Source of the DNA: Nioella sp. | Lineage (GTDB): Bacteria; Pseudomonadota; Alphaproteobacteria; Rhodobacterales; Rhodobacteraceae | DNA length: 64,000 nucleotides | Assembly (NCBI RefSeq): GCF_964229645.1 | Contig: NZ_CAXREX010000182.1 | Coordinates: forward strand, 39,235-103,234 | Direction: 5' to 3' | Shown: positions 47,803-57,351 of the stretch, one piece after another | Layout of the letters: each line of letters opens with the position of its first letter | Position numbering within the stretch: the first letter of the stretch is position 1 | The notes under the pieces: model-generated | The model's database searches: none | The model's input: only the letters and a program-made list of their open reading frames with translations | Told to the model about the DNA's origin: nothing | Translations under genes and position numbers: made by a program

Positions 47803-49002
47803 TCAGTCTTTCAGAAGCTCGCCCGCAATGATCAGCTTGCGCACTTCCTGAGTGCCCGCACCGACCTCGAGCACACGGCCGGTCCGGTAAAGCCGGTTCA
47901 CTTCCGTGTCGCGCATGTAGCCGGACCCCCCGTGGATCTGGACGGCCTTGTCCAGCACGAATGAGGTCACCTCGGCGGCCTTGAAGATCGCCGCCGCCGT
48001 CAGCTTGTGAATTTCGCCGCGCCCGCCTTCGCCCTCTTCCAGACCCTCGCACATGGCGACCGTCTTCAGCGACAGGCTGCGCGCCGCCTCGATCCGCGTG
48101 TACATGTCGGCCAGCATCGCCTGCACCATCTGGAAACTGGCGATCGGTTTGCCGAACTGTCGGCGCGTCCTGGCGTAGTCGACGGAAATATCCAGCGCGC
48201 GCTGCGCGATCCCCAGGGCATTGAAGCAGACGATGGCCCGTTCGAGATCCAGCCCCGACATGGTCACCGCCACACCGCCGTCCAGCTTGCCGACCATGTT
48301 CTTGGCGGGCACACGACAATCCTCGAACACCAATTCGCCTGTTGGCGATCCGCGGAACCCCATCTTGTTGAGCTTCTGCGCCACCTTGAAGCCGGGGGTG
48401 TCGGTCTCCACGATGAAGGCGGAAATGCCCTTGGCGCCTTTTTCCGGCGAGGTCTTGGCATAGACCAGCACCAGATCGGCAATCGGCCCGTTGGTGATGT
48501 AAATTTTGGCCCCGTTCAGGATGTAATCGTCGCCATCCTTTTTGGCCGTGGTCCGCATGGAGCCAAGCGCATCGGACCCCGCGCCGGGCTCGGTCAGGCC
48601 CAGGGCGCCCACCAGCGAGCCATCGCACAGGCCCGGCAGATACTTGCGGCGCAACGCGTCATTGGCGTTGCGATAGATGTTGTTGACGCACAGGTTGTCA
48701 TGCGCCACATGGGTCAGCCCGATCGCGGCAGAGGCCCGCGACAGCTGTTCGGTGATGATGCAGGCCGAGGTGAAATCCAGCCCGGCCCCGCCGAATTCCG
48801 GTGGCACGTTCAGACCGAGATACCCCATCTTGCCGAGCGTGGGAAAGACCGATGGCGGCAGGTCGTCGGTGTCGTCCATTTCCGCGTTCAGATGGTGAAA
48901 CTCGGACATGAAGAACTTGCCGGCCTGATCGGCCAGCGCCTGCTGTTCGTCCGTCATGAAATGCGTCGGAAGGGTGATGTCGTTTCGCAGTTGCTTGTTC
49001 AT
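47803..49002 (-). CDS. Isovaleryl-CoA dehydrogenase-like ACAD (paralogue B)
   Basis: AHDNLCVNN, LTEPGAGSDALG, MSGLDLERA (catalytic Glu) and VGAGTQEV motifs. Start reassigned to ATG 49002. Confidence 0.9.
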   Translation of the reverse strand: MNKQLRNDITLPTHFMTDEQQALADQAGKFFMSEFHHLNAEMDDTDDLPPSVFPTLGKMGYLGLNVPPEFGGAGLDFTSACIITEQLSRASAAIGLTHVAHDNLCVNNIYRNANDALRRKYLPGLCDGSLVGALGLTEPGAGSDALGSMRTTAKKDGDDYILNGAKIYITNGPIADLVLVYAKTSPEKGAKGISAFIVETDTPGFKVAQKLNKMGFRGSPTGELVFEDCRVPAKNMVGKLDGGVAVTMSGLDLERAIVCFNALGIAQRALDISVDYARTRRQFGKPIASFQMVQAMLADMYTRIEAARSLSLKTVAMCEGLEEGEGGRGEIHKLTAAAIFKAAEVTSFVLDKAVQIHGGSGYMRDTEVNRLYRTGRVLEVGAGTQEVRKLIIAGELLKD

Positions 49003-49016
49003 GGTCCCGCCCTCCT

Positions 49017-50231
49017 TCAGGCGCGCAGCAGTTCTTCGGCGATGATGATCTTGCGGACTTCGCTGGTGCCCGCGCCGATCTCCAGCAGCTTGTTGGCGCG
49101 GAACAGCCGGTTGATCTCGGTGTCCTGCATGTAGCCCGATCCGCCGTGGATGTGGCAGGCCTCGGTGACGGCCTTGTTGAACGCCTCGCCCGCGTAAAGG
49201 CAGGCCGCCGCGGTCAGCTTGTGGATCTCGCCGCGCCCGCCGGCCCCCTTGGGCAGGCCGACGCAGGCGGCCAGCGCGCGATAGCTGAAGGCGCGGGCGG
49301 TTTCGACCTCGGTGTAAATCTCGGCGAGCTTCGACTGCATCATCTGGAAGCGGGAGATCGACTTGCCGAATTGTTCTCGGATCTGCGCGTATTCCAGACC
49401 CAGCTCCAGCGCCCGTTCGGCCATGCCGACGCAGACCGAGGCGACCATCGCCCGTTCCAGATCCAGCCCGCTCATCACGACCGATACGCCGCTGTTTTCG
49501 GCGCCCATCATGGCCGAGGCCGGCACCCGGCACTCCTCGAACACCAGCTCCCCGGTGGGCGAGCCGCGAAAGCCCATCTTGTCGAGCTTCTGCGCCACCT
49601 TGAAACCCGGATTGTCGGTTTCAACGATAAAGGCGGAAATGCCCTTGGCACCTCTGGACTTGTCGGTTTTGGCATAAAGCAGGATCAGATCGGCGATCGG
49701 CCCGTTGGTGATGTAAATCTTCGAGCCGTTGATGATGTAATCATCGCCATCGCGACGCGCCGTGGTGGCCATCGACCCAAGCGCATCCGACCCGGCGCCG
49801 GGCTCGGTCAGCCCCAGGGCGCCGACCAGCTCGCCGGAACACAGCCCCGGCACATATTTCCTGACCTGTTCGTCGGACCCGTTGCGCAGCAGGTTGTTCA
49901 GACACAGGTTGTCATGTGCCCCGTGCGACAGGCCCACCGCCGGGTTCCATTTCGAGATCACCTCGGACACCAGCGCCTGGGTGAATTCGTTCTGGCCCGA
50001 TCCGCCCAGTTCCTCGGGCGCGGTAATGCCCAGAAGGCCCAGTTCACCCATCTGCCGGAACAGATCGTCGGGCCACCAGTCCTCCTCGTCCATGCGCGCC
50101 TGAAGCGGATGAAGCACCTCGCGCGACACCCTGTCGACGTGATCGACGATCTGGCGCTGCTCATCGGTCAGCGAGTAATTGGCCCTGATGGCCTCCAAAG
50201 CGGCCACGTCAGGTACGTTCTGGCTGGTCAT
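49017..50231 (-). CDS. Isovaleryl-CoA dehydrogenase-like ACAD (paralogue A)
   Basis: GAHDNLCLNN, LTEPGAGSDALG, MSGLDLERA and IGAGTSEV motifs. Start reassigned to ATG 50231. Confidence 0.9.
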   Translation of the reverse strand: MTSQNVPDVAALEAIRANYSLTDEQRQIVDHVDRVSREVLHPLQARMDEEDWWPDDLFRQMGELGLLGITAPEELGGSGQNEFTQALVSEVISKWNPAVGLSHGAHDNLCLNNLLRNGSDEQVRKYVPGLCSGELVGALGLTEPGAGSDALGSMATTARRDGDDYIINGSKIYITNGPIADLILLYAKTDKSRGAKGISAFIVETDNPGFKVAQKLDKMGFRGSPTGELVFEECRVPASAMMGAENSGVSVVMSGLDLERAMVASVCVGMAERALELGLEYAQIREQFGKSISRFQMMQSKLAEIYTEVETARAFSYRALAACVGLPKGAGGRGEIHKLTAAACLYAGEAFNKAVTEACHIHGGSGYMQDTEINRLFRANKLLEIGAGTSEVRKIIIAEELLRA

Positions 50232-50275
50232 CTCTCTTCCCCCGAACGGAATGTGATCTGCGGTGTTGACCAAAA

Positions 50276-50291
50276 TCAAACACATGTTAGA
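50276..50291. promoter_or_regulatory. Operator TCAAACA-CA-TGTTAGA in the ACAD/crotonase divergent promoter
   Basis: 1 mismatch. It lies between minus-strand -35 TTGATC (50297-50302) and -10 TTGATT (50274-50279), 17-bp spacer. Plus-strand TTGACC is at 50266-50271. Confidence 0.8.
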
Positions 50292-50364
50292 AAATAGATC
50301 AAGGCAGGCTTTTTGCGACCTGACGTTGCAGGCGACGCAAAGGGAGATGCGGGAGGTCTCGGAA

Positions 50365-51150
50365 ATGGTTGATAACGTCGTACATTCGCAGGCGCGGGGG
50401 CATGAAACGCGCATCACGATTTGCCGTCCGGACCAGCGCAATGCCCTGAACCGCGACGTGGCAGAGGGAATCACTGCCGCGCTTCTGACGGCCGAGGCCG
50501 ATCCCGAATGCCGGGTGATCGTTGTGACCGGCGAGGGCGTGCGCGCTTTCTGCGCTGGCGGCGACCTCAAGGCGGGGGCCGATGGCGGCCCGTTTGTTCA
50601 GGACCCGGCGGATCCGGACCATTTTGCCGGCCGGCTGTTCGAAACGATACAGGCCTGCCGAAAACCGACCATCGCGCGCATCAACGGAGTGGCGGTTGGC
50701 GCGGGCGCGGGCATGATCTGTGCCTGCGATCTCGCGGTGATGGCGGATCACGCGAAAATCGGCACGCCCGAGGTGAAGGTCGGTCTGTTTCCGATGACCA
50801 TCGTGCCGCCGATGATGCGCGTGTTGCCGCGTCGGAAACTGATGGAGATGTTCATCACCGGCGTCCTGCTGACGGCGGACGAGGCCCTGCGCTATGATCT
50901 GGTCAACTATGTGACAGACAGCGCCGGACTTGACGACAAGGTTGCGGAACTGGTCGCACGGATTGCGGCGCAGTCGCCGACTGCGATCAGGCTCGGAAAA
51001 TATGCCTGCCACGCATTGCAAGACATGACCTATCCGCAGCAGATGCGCTTTGCGGAAACGCTGTTGCCGCGGATGGCGCAGACCGAAGACGCGCGAGAGG
51101 GGTTTGCCGCTTTCAATGAAAAACGCGACCCTGAATGGACGGGCCGCTGA
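50365..51150 (+). CDS. Crotonase-family hydratase, LiuC/AtuE-like (glutaconyl-CoA-type hydratase)
   Basis: FCAGGDL, GAGAGMICACD (no first Glu) and PEVKVGLFP motifs. ATG 50365 follows GGGAGG. Confidence 0.82.
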   Translation: MVDNVVHSQARGHETRITICRPDQRNALNRDVAEGITAALLTAEADPECRVIVVTGEGVRAFCAGGDLKAGADGGPFVQDPADPDHFAGRLFETIQACRKPTIARINGVAVGAGAGMICACDLAVMADHAKIGTPEVKVGLFPMTIVPPMMRVLPRRKLMEMFITGVLLTADEALRYDLVNYVTDSAGLDDKVAELVARIAAQSPTAIRLGKYACHALQDMTYPQQMRFAETLLPRMAQTEDAREGFAAFNEKRDPEWTGR

Positions 51151-51172
51151 CAGGAGCGGTGAGGAGAAGGCT

Positions 51173-52972
51173 ATGTCGGATCGAAGACTGCGCATCGGAT
51201 GCGCTTCCGGTTTCTGGGGCGATACGCCCGAAGCGGTCGGCCAGTTGGTGTCCAAGGGCGAAATCGACTATCTGGTGTTCGATTATCTTGCCGAAGTGAC
51301 GATGTCGCTGATGGCGCGCGCCCGCGCCAAGACGCCGGAGGCGGGCTTTGCCCCGGATTTCGTCAAGGCGCTGGTGCCGTGGTTGCCCGAGATCAAGGCC
51401 AGGGGGATCAAGGTTGTGGCCAATGCCGGCGGCGTCAATCCGCGCGGCTGCCGCGATGCGCTCGCCAGGGCGGCAGAGGCGGCTGGGATCGACCTGTCCA
51501 TCGGTGTCGTTCTGGGCGACGATCTGCTGGACCGCGCGGACGAGATGCGCGACGGCGGCGTGAGCGAAATGTTCTCTGGCGCCGGTTTCCCCGACGATAT
51601 CTGGAGCATGAACGCCTATCTGGGCGCCCGCCCCATCGCGGCGGCGCTGGACGGCGGCGCCGACATCGTGATCACCGGGCGCTGCGCCGACAGCGCGGTG
51701 GCGCTTGGCCCCTTGATGCACGAATTCGGCTGGAGCGACGAGGATTGGGACAGGCTCAGCCAGGGCTCGCTCGCGGGCCATCTGATAGAATGCGGACCGC
51801 AAGGGACGGGGGGCAATTTCACCGACTGGCAGGAGGTGCCGGGCTGGGACAATATGGGGATGCCCATCGTCGAAGTGGCCGAAGACGGCAGCTTTGTCAT
51901 GACCAAGACGCCCGATACCGGCGGGCTGGTTGTGCCGGGCTCGGTCGGCGAACAGATGCTTTACGAAATCGGCGATCCACGGGCCTACCTGCTGCCCGAC
52001 GTGATCTGCGACTGGTCCGGGGTCACGCTCGAACAGGTCGGCCCGGACCGGGTGCTGGTCAAGGGCGGCAGGGGGCTGGGGCGCACCGGAAGCTACAAGG
52101 TCTCGGCGACCCATGCCGATGGCTGGCGCGCGGTCACCACGCTGACGCTCGCCGCAATCGACGCCCCGGCCAAGGCCGAGCGCGTCGCCGAGGCGATCCT
52201 GACCCGCTGCCGGCGGATTTTCCGCGACCGCAACCTCGCCGATTTTCGACAGGTCAGCGTCGAGGTTCTGGGGGCGGAGGCCGCTTACGGCGCCAACGCC
52301 CGCGCCCGGACGCGCGAGGTCGTTCTGAAGATCGGCGTCACTCATGACGACCGAAACGCGCTGAACATCTTCGCCGGAGAAATCGCGCCGATGGCCATTT
52401 CCACCGCGCAGGGCCTGACCGGGTTCTTCGCCGGACGGCCCAAGGTGCAGCCGGTGGTGCGGCTGTTCTCGTTCCTGCAAGACAAGGCCGACACGCCCGT
52501 TTCGGTCGAGGTCGACGGCAAGGAGGTGCCGGTCACCGTGGCCACCAAGGAGGTCCGACTGGATCCGCCCGCCGCACCGCAGGTGGAAAGCCGCGAGGCC
52601 GGGCCCGACGCGGTCAGGGTGCGGCTGGTCGATCTGGCCTGGGGCCGCTCCGGCGACAAGGGCGACATCGCCAATATCGGCATTCTGGCCCGCAAGCTAG
52701 AGTATCTGCCCTATATCCGCTCCGCCCTCACCGAAGACAGGGTGAAAGACTATTTCGCGCATCTCTGCGACGGCCCGGTCGAACGTTTCGACCTGCCCGG
52801 CAGCCATGCGATGAACTTCCTGCTGCATGAATCGCTGGGCGGCGGCGGCATCGCCTCGGTCCGCATCGACCCGCAGGGCAAGGGGTTTGCGCAGATGCTG
52901 CTCGACATCGAAATTCCCGTGCCGGCCGATCTGGCGGCGCAAGACGGGCTGCACCCCGCCGAGCGTGCATGA
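51173..52972 (+). CDS. atuA: Acyclic terpene utilization AtuA family protein (DUF1446)
   Basis: RIGCASGFWGD, DYLVFDYLAEVTM, NAYLGA, GHLIECG, RSGDKGD and DPQGK motifs. Confidence 0.9.
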   Translation: MSDRRLRIGCASGFWGDTPEAVGQLVSKGEIDYLVFDYLAEVTMSLMARARAKTPEAGFAPDFVKALVPWLPEIKARGIKVVANAGGVNPRGCRDALARAAEAAGIDLSIGVVLGDDLLDRADEMRDGGVSEMFSGAGFPDDIWSMNAYLGARPIAAALDGGADIVITGRCADSAVALGPLMHEFGWSDEDWDRLSQGSLAGHLIECGPQGTGGNFTDWQEVPGWDNMGMPIVEVAEDGSFVMTKTPDTGGLVVPGSVGEQMLYEIGDPRAYLLPDVICDWSGVTLEQVGPDRVLVKGGRGLGRTGSYKVSATHADGWRAVTTLTLAAIDAPAKAERVAEAILTRCRRIFRDRNLADFRQVSVEVLGAEAAYGANARARTREVVLKIGVTHDDRNALNIFAGEIAPMAISTAQGLTGFFAGRPKVQPVVRLFSFLQDKADTPVSVEVDGKEVPVTVATKEVRLDPPAAPQVESREAGPDAVRVRLVDLAWGRSGDKGDIANIGILARKLEYLPYIRSALTEDRVKDYFAHLCDGPVERFDLPGSHAMNFLLHESLGGGGIASVRIDPQGKGFAQMLLDIEIPVPADLAAQDGLHPAERA

Positions 52973-52980
52973 AAGGAAGG

Positions 52981-54453
52981 ATGATGGGTATTTCCAAACT
53001 GCTGGTCGCCAATCGCGGCGAGATCGCGGCCCGCGTCCTGCGCACCGCCAAGGCGCGCGGCCTCGCCACCGCCGTCTTGCGGCACAACTCGGAACAGGAG
53101 GGACCGGCCCATCTGATTGCCGACGAGGTGGTGACCATCGAGGGCCCGACCCCCGTGGCCGCCTATCTCGACATCCCCCAGATCGTCGAGGCGGCGCAAC
53201 GGATCGGCGCGGACGCGGTGCATCCGGGCTATGGCTTCCTGTCGGAAAACGCGGGCTTTGTCGCCGCGCTGGACAAGGCCGGGGTGACGTTTGTCGGCCC
53301 CACATCCGAGGTCATCGACCTGATGGGCGACAAGATCCGCGCCCGCGCCTTTGTCGAGGAGCGCGGCTTTCCGGTTGCCCCCTCGGCCATCGAGGATGAC
53401 GACCCCGCTACATTTGTCGAACGCTCTCGCGCGGTTGGCTATCCGCTGCTGATCAAGCCCTCGGCGGGCGGTGGTGGCAAGGGGATGCGCGTCGTGCGCG
53501 AAGACGGCGCGCTGGAATCCGAAATCGAAACCGCCCGCCGCGAGGGCGAGCGCTATTTCGGCGACGGACGGCTGTTCGTCGAACGCTATATCGAACGCCC
53601 GCGCCATATCGAGGTGCAGGTGATGGGGGACGGGCAGGGGAATGTGGTGCATTTCTGGGAACGCGAATGCTCGATCCAGCGCCGGTTCCAGAAGATCATC
53701 GAGGAAACGCCATCCCCGGCGCTGACCCCCGAACAGCGGGACGAGATCTGTGAAACCGCCGCCGGGATTGCCCGCGCCGTCAAATATCGCGGCGCTGGCA
53801 CGGTCGAGTTCATCTATGCGCAGGACGGCGCCTTCTATTTCCTGGAAATGAACACCCGCCTTCAGGTCGAACATCCGGTGACCGAGATGGTGACCGGCTT
53901 CGACCTTGTCGCCGAACAGCTGCGCATCGCGGCGGGCGAGGGGCTGAGCGCCGCACAGGCCGATATTGCGCAGAACGGTCATTCGATCGAACTGCGCATT
54001 TGCGCCGAGGACGCGACGGAAGATTTTCGCCCCGCCATCGGCGACATCCTTCTGCTGGACGAGCCGCAGGGCGCGGGCGTGCGGGTGGACAGCGGCATTC
54101 TGGGCGGTGGCAAGGTGACGACCGATTTCGACCCGATGCTGTCCAAGCTGATCGTGCACGGCTCGGACCGGGCCGAGGCCATCGCCCGCGCGCGTCAGGC
54201 GGTTCGGAATTACGTGATCCTCGGGGTGACGACCAATACCGGCTATCTCGATGCGATCCTTGCGCATCCGGATTTCGCCTCGGGCAATGTCTCGACCGGG
54301 TTTCTGGCCGAGCAGGCCGAGGCGCTGACCGCGCCGGGCGAAGATGTGACCGAGCTGCTGATGGCGGTCGCCGCCCTGTCGGATGAACGGCTGGTGAGCG
54401 ACGTGATGCAGATACCCGAGATGCACCGGAAAATGGGCGGGTGGAGAAACTGA
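52981..54453 (+). CDS. Stand-alone biotin carboxylase subunit, module 2
   Basis: LVANRGEIA, HPGYGFLSENA, ECSIQRRFQK and EMNTRLQVEHPVTE motifs. Ends at GGWRN with no biotinyl domain. Confidence 0.92.
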   Translation: MMGISKLLVANRGEIAARVLRTAKARGLATAVLRHNSEQEGPAHLIADEVVTIEGPTPVAAYLDIPQIVEAAQRIGADAVHPGYGFLSENAGFVAALDKAGVTFVGPTSEVIDLMGDKIRARAFVEERGFPVAPSAIEDDDPATFVERSRAVGYPLLIKPSAGGGGKGMRVVREDGALESEIETARREGERYFGDGRLFVERYIERPRHIEVQVMGDGQGNVVHFWERECSIQRRFQKIIEETPSPALTPEQRDEICETAAGIARAVKYRGAGTVEFIYAQDGAFYFLEMNTRLQVEHPVTEMVTGFDLVAEQLRIAAGEGLSAAQADIAQNGHSIELRICAEDATEDFRPAIGDILLLDEPQGAGVRVDSGILGGGKVTTDFDPMLSKLIVHGSDRAEAIARARQAVRNYVILGVTTNTGYLDAILAHPDFASGNVSTGFLAEQAEALTAPGEDVTELLMAVAALSDERLVSDVMQIPEMHRKMGGWRN

Positions 54454-54956
54454 TGCGGCGGATATACCAGATCGACGGCGACGAAACCGAATGCTGGCTG
54501 TCCCATGACGGCAATCGTTTTATCCTCAACACGCCCGATGGCGCGGTTCCCTGCCAATTGGACCCCACCGGGGCGCCCGGTGGCCATGTGCTGCGGGCGC
54601 GCGGACGCGTGCAGGACGTGCGGCTGGCCGTCGGCCCTGACGCGACTTTTGTGCATATGAACGGGCGGACCTACGCGATCGGGCGGATCGATCCCGCCGA
54701 GCGTCTGGCCGGACGCGATGGCGGCGCCGCCGATGACCGCATCGTCGCACCGATGCCCGGCGTGGTCGTGTTGGTGAACGCAAAGCCCGGCGATCACGTC
54801 AAGGAAGGCCAGCGGTTGCTTGTCATCGAAAGCATGAAACTCGAAACCAGCCTGACCGCGCCGCGCGACGGCGTGGTGGCCGAAATACCATTTGCCGAGG
54901 GCGACAGTTTCGGGCTGAAGGCCACGCTTGCCCTGCTGGCGCCGGAGGAGGAGTGA
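54453..54956 (+). CDS. BT-like + biotin carboxyl carrier protein, module 2
   Basis: APMPG..., VIESMKLETSLTAPRDG biotinyl motif. TGATG overlap with the biotin carboxylase stop. Confidence 0.88.
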   Translation: MRRIYQIDGDETECWLSHDGNRFILNTPDGAVPCQLDPTGAPGGHVLRARGRVQDVRLAVGPDATFVHMNGRTYAIGRIDPAERLAGRDGGAADDRIVAPMPGVVVLVNAKPGDHVKEGQRLLVIESMKLETSLTAPRDGVVAEIPFAEGDSFGLKATLALLAPEEE

Positions 54957-54958
54957 CC

Positions 54959-56566
54959 ATGCGCCGGATCGAAAGCCAGATCGACACCAATGCCCCTGAC
55001 TTCAGGGTCAATCACGCGGCCATGTCCGCGCGGCTGAAAGAGTTTCACGCCCGCCAGCACGCGGCGCGTTTCGAACGCCCGCAACGCGACGTCGATCGCC
55101 TTGAGCGCCAGAACAAGCTGGGCGTGCGCGAACGGCTGAAGCTGCTGCTGGACCCCGGCACGCCGTTCCTGGAATTTTCCACCCTCGCCGCCTGCCGCGA
55201 ATATGACGGCGCGGTGCCCGGTGCCGCGGTGGTGACGGGCATCGGCATCGTGCAGGGGCGCGAGGTCGCCATTCACGCCAACGACGCCAGCGTCAAGGGC
55301 GGCGCATGGTATCCCCATACCGTCAAGAAGATCGTGCGGCTTCTGGATGTGGCATTGGAAAACCGCCTGCCGGTTGTCCATATCTGCGACAGCGCCGGCG
55401 GCTTCCTGCCGTTGCAGCACGGAGTCTTTCCCGACCGCTATCTGGGCGGGCGGGTCTTCCGCAATCAGGTCAAGCTGAGCCAGGCCAACATCCCGCAGAT
55501 CGCGGTGGTCGGCGGGCATTGCACGGCCGGCGGGGCCTATGTGCCGACGCTCAGCGATTACAACATCATCATCGAAGGCACCGGGGCGATTTTCCTTGGC
55601 GGTCCGCCGCTGGTCAAGGCCGCGACCGGCGAAGAGGTCGGCGTTCAGGAGCTGGGCGGGGCGGTGATGCATACCTCGGTCTCGGGCACCGGCGATTACC
55701 GCGCCGCCACCGAACAGCACGCTTTTTCACTGGCGCGCGAGATTGTCAGCCAGTGGACGCGCCCGCCGAAAACGATCATCGAAACCGTCGCCTGTGAAGC
55801 GCCGTATTACGACCCCAAGGAACTCTACGGGATCATCCCCAAGGACCGGAAAACCCAGTTCGACATGCGCGAGGTTCTGGCCCGGATCGTGGATGGCTCG
55901 CGGTTTCACGAATACCAGCCTGACTACGGCACCACGATGATCTGCGGCTATGCCCATATCTGGGGCTACAAGGTGGGGATTCTGGCCAACAACGGGGTGC
56001 TGTTCAACGACAGTTCGCTCAAGGCCGCGCATTTCATGCAGCTGTGCAACCAGAACCGCACGCCTCTGGTCTTTTTCCAGAACATCACCGGCTACATGGT
56101 GGGGCGCGAATACGAGGAACGCGGCATCGCCAAGGACGGCGCCAAGATGCTGATGGCGCAGGGCGGGTCGGTGGTGCCGAAATTCACCGTGATCGCCAAT
56201 GCCTCATACGGCGCGGGCAATTACGGCATGTGCGGACGGGCCTGGGATGCGCGCACGCTGTTCATGTGGCCGCAGGCGGAAATCGGCGTGATGGGCGCGG
56301 ATCAGGCCGCCAATACCATGGCCGACGTCAAGATCCGGCAGCTTCAGCGCGAGGGCAAGGAGTTGAGCGAAGAGGAAATCGCCGCGATCCGCGATCCGGT
56401 GCTGGAGAAATTCCGGCGCGATGTCGAAGCCTATACCTCGACCTCGGAATTGTGGGACGACGGCATCCTCGACCCGGCGGATACACGCAACGCGCTCGGC
56501 ATGTCGATTTCGGCCTCGCTGAACGCGCCGATCGACGATCCGCATTACGGGATATTCCGGCTGTGA
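54959..56566 (+). CDS. Acyl-CoA carboxylase carboxyltransferase (MCC-beta-like), module 2
   Basis: ANDASVKGG, HCTAGGAY, SYGAGNYGMCGRA and LWDDGI motifs. ATG 54959 follows GGAGGAG. Confidence 0.93.
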   Translation: MRRIESQIDTNAPDFRVNHAAMSARLKEFHARQHAARFERPQRDVDRLERQNKLGVRERLKLLLDPGTPFLEFSTLAACREYDGAVPGAAVVTGIGIVQGREVAIHANDASVKGGAWYPHTVKKIVRLLDVALENRLPVVHICDSAGGFLPLQHGVFPDRYLGGRVFRNQVKLSQANIPQIAVVGGHCTAGGAYVPTLSDYNIIIEGTGAIFLGGPPLVKAATGEEVGVQELGGAVMHTSVSGTGDYRAATEQHAFSLAREIVSQWTRPPKTIIETVACEAPYYDPKELYGIIPKDRKTQFDMREVLARIVDGSRFHEYQPDYGTTMICGYAHIWGYKVGILANNGVLFNDSSLKAAHFMQLCNQNRTPLVFFQNITGYMVGREYEERGIAKDGAKMLMAQGGSVVPKFTVIANASYGAGNYGMCGRAWDARTLFMWPQAEIGVMGADQAANTMADVKIRQLQREGKELSEEEIAAIRDPVLEKFRRDVEAYTSTSELWDDGILDPADTRNALGMSISASLNAPIDDPHYGIFRL

Positions 56567-56585
56567 CCGTCCGGGATTCGGCGCA

Positions 56586-57197
56586 TCAGGTCGTCTGCTG
56601 CCGCGCCTCCTGAATGGACACCACATCAGAGGCCGCCATCTCGGGCCGGTCGGCCTCGACCGCGTTCAGCGGGTCGACGGGTTTCAAACCTGCCAGACAG
56701 TCGCGCGCCAGTTGCTGATATTCGGCGGTTCCACGGGTTTTCCACGCGACTTCCTTCTCGGTGACCTCGCGGATCACCTTTGCCGGCGCTCCGACCACCA
56801 TCGAACGCGGCGGGATCACCGTTTCCCCCCGCACAAACGCCTGCGCGCCGACAATCGATTCCGCGCCAAGCTCCACGCCGTCCATGATGACGGCATTCAT
56901 GCCCACCAAAGCATTCCGGCCGACGGTGCACCCGTGCAGAATCGCGCCATGGCCGATATGACCGTTGGTTTCGACCACCGCATCGCGGCCCGGGAAGGAA
57001 TGGAGGATGCAATTGTCCTGAACATTGGCCCCGTCACCGATCACGATCCTGCCGAAATCGCCCCGCAGGCTTGCGCCGGGTCCGATATAGCACCCCTGAC
57101 CGAGTATGACATTTCCGATCAGCACCGCCTGGGGATGAACGAATGTCCCCTCGGGCACAACGGGAACGAAGCCTTTGAATTGATAGCAATTGGCCAT
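56586..57197 (-). CDS. paaY: PaaY/CaiE-like gamma-carbonic-anhydrase-fold protein
   Basis: Hexapeptide repeats, [28 protein letters not shown] and [13 protein letters not shown] motifs. Confidence 0.8.
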   Translation of the reverse strand: MANCYQFKGFVPVVPEGTFVHPQAVLIGNVILGQGCYIGPGASLRGDFGRIVIGDGANVQDNCILHSFPGRDAVVETNGHIGHGAILHGCTVGRNALVGMNAVIMDGVELGAESIVGAQAFVRGETVIPPRSMVVGAPAKVIREVTEKEVAWKTRGTAEYQQLARDCLAGLKPVDPLNAVEADRPEMAASDVVSIQEARQQTT

Positions 57198-57335
57198 TGT
57201 TCTTTTCCTTTTTCGGGCTGGGCGTCTCTGGAGTCCGGCTTCGGGCGCCCGATGTTCAACAACCGCCTTTCCAGCTCACGTGCGGGCCGGAAGGCCGAAG
57301 GCGGTGCGCCGTTTCAGAAGGCGCGGCACGATTAT

Positions 57336-57351
57336 TCAAACACATGTTAGA
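57336..57351. promoter_or_regulatory. Operator TCAAACA-CA-TGTTAGA (paaY promoter)
   Basis: 57336-57355 is identical to 50276-50295 (20 nt). It lies between minus-strand -35 TTGCCG (57357-57362) and -10 TTGAAT (57334-57339), 17-bp spacer. Confidence 0.8.

Noticed and set aside
54441-54460. Frameshift/pseudogene interpretation of the BC/BCCP split
   Set aside because: The TGATG coupling falls at a domain boundary and both parts are intact, which favours genuine fission. It is kept as a finding pending a read-level check.
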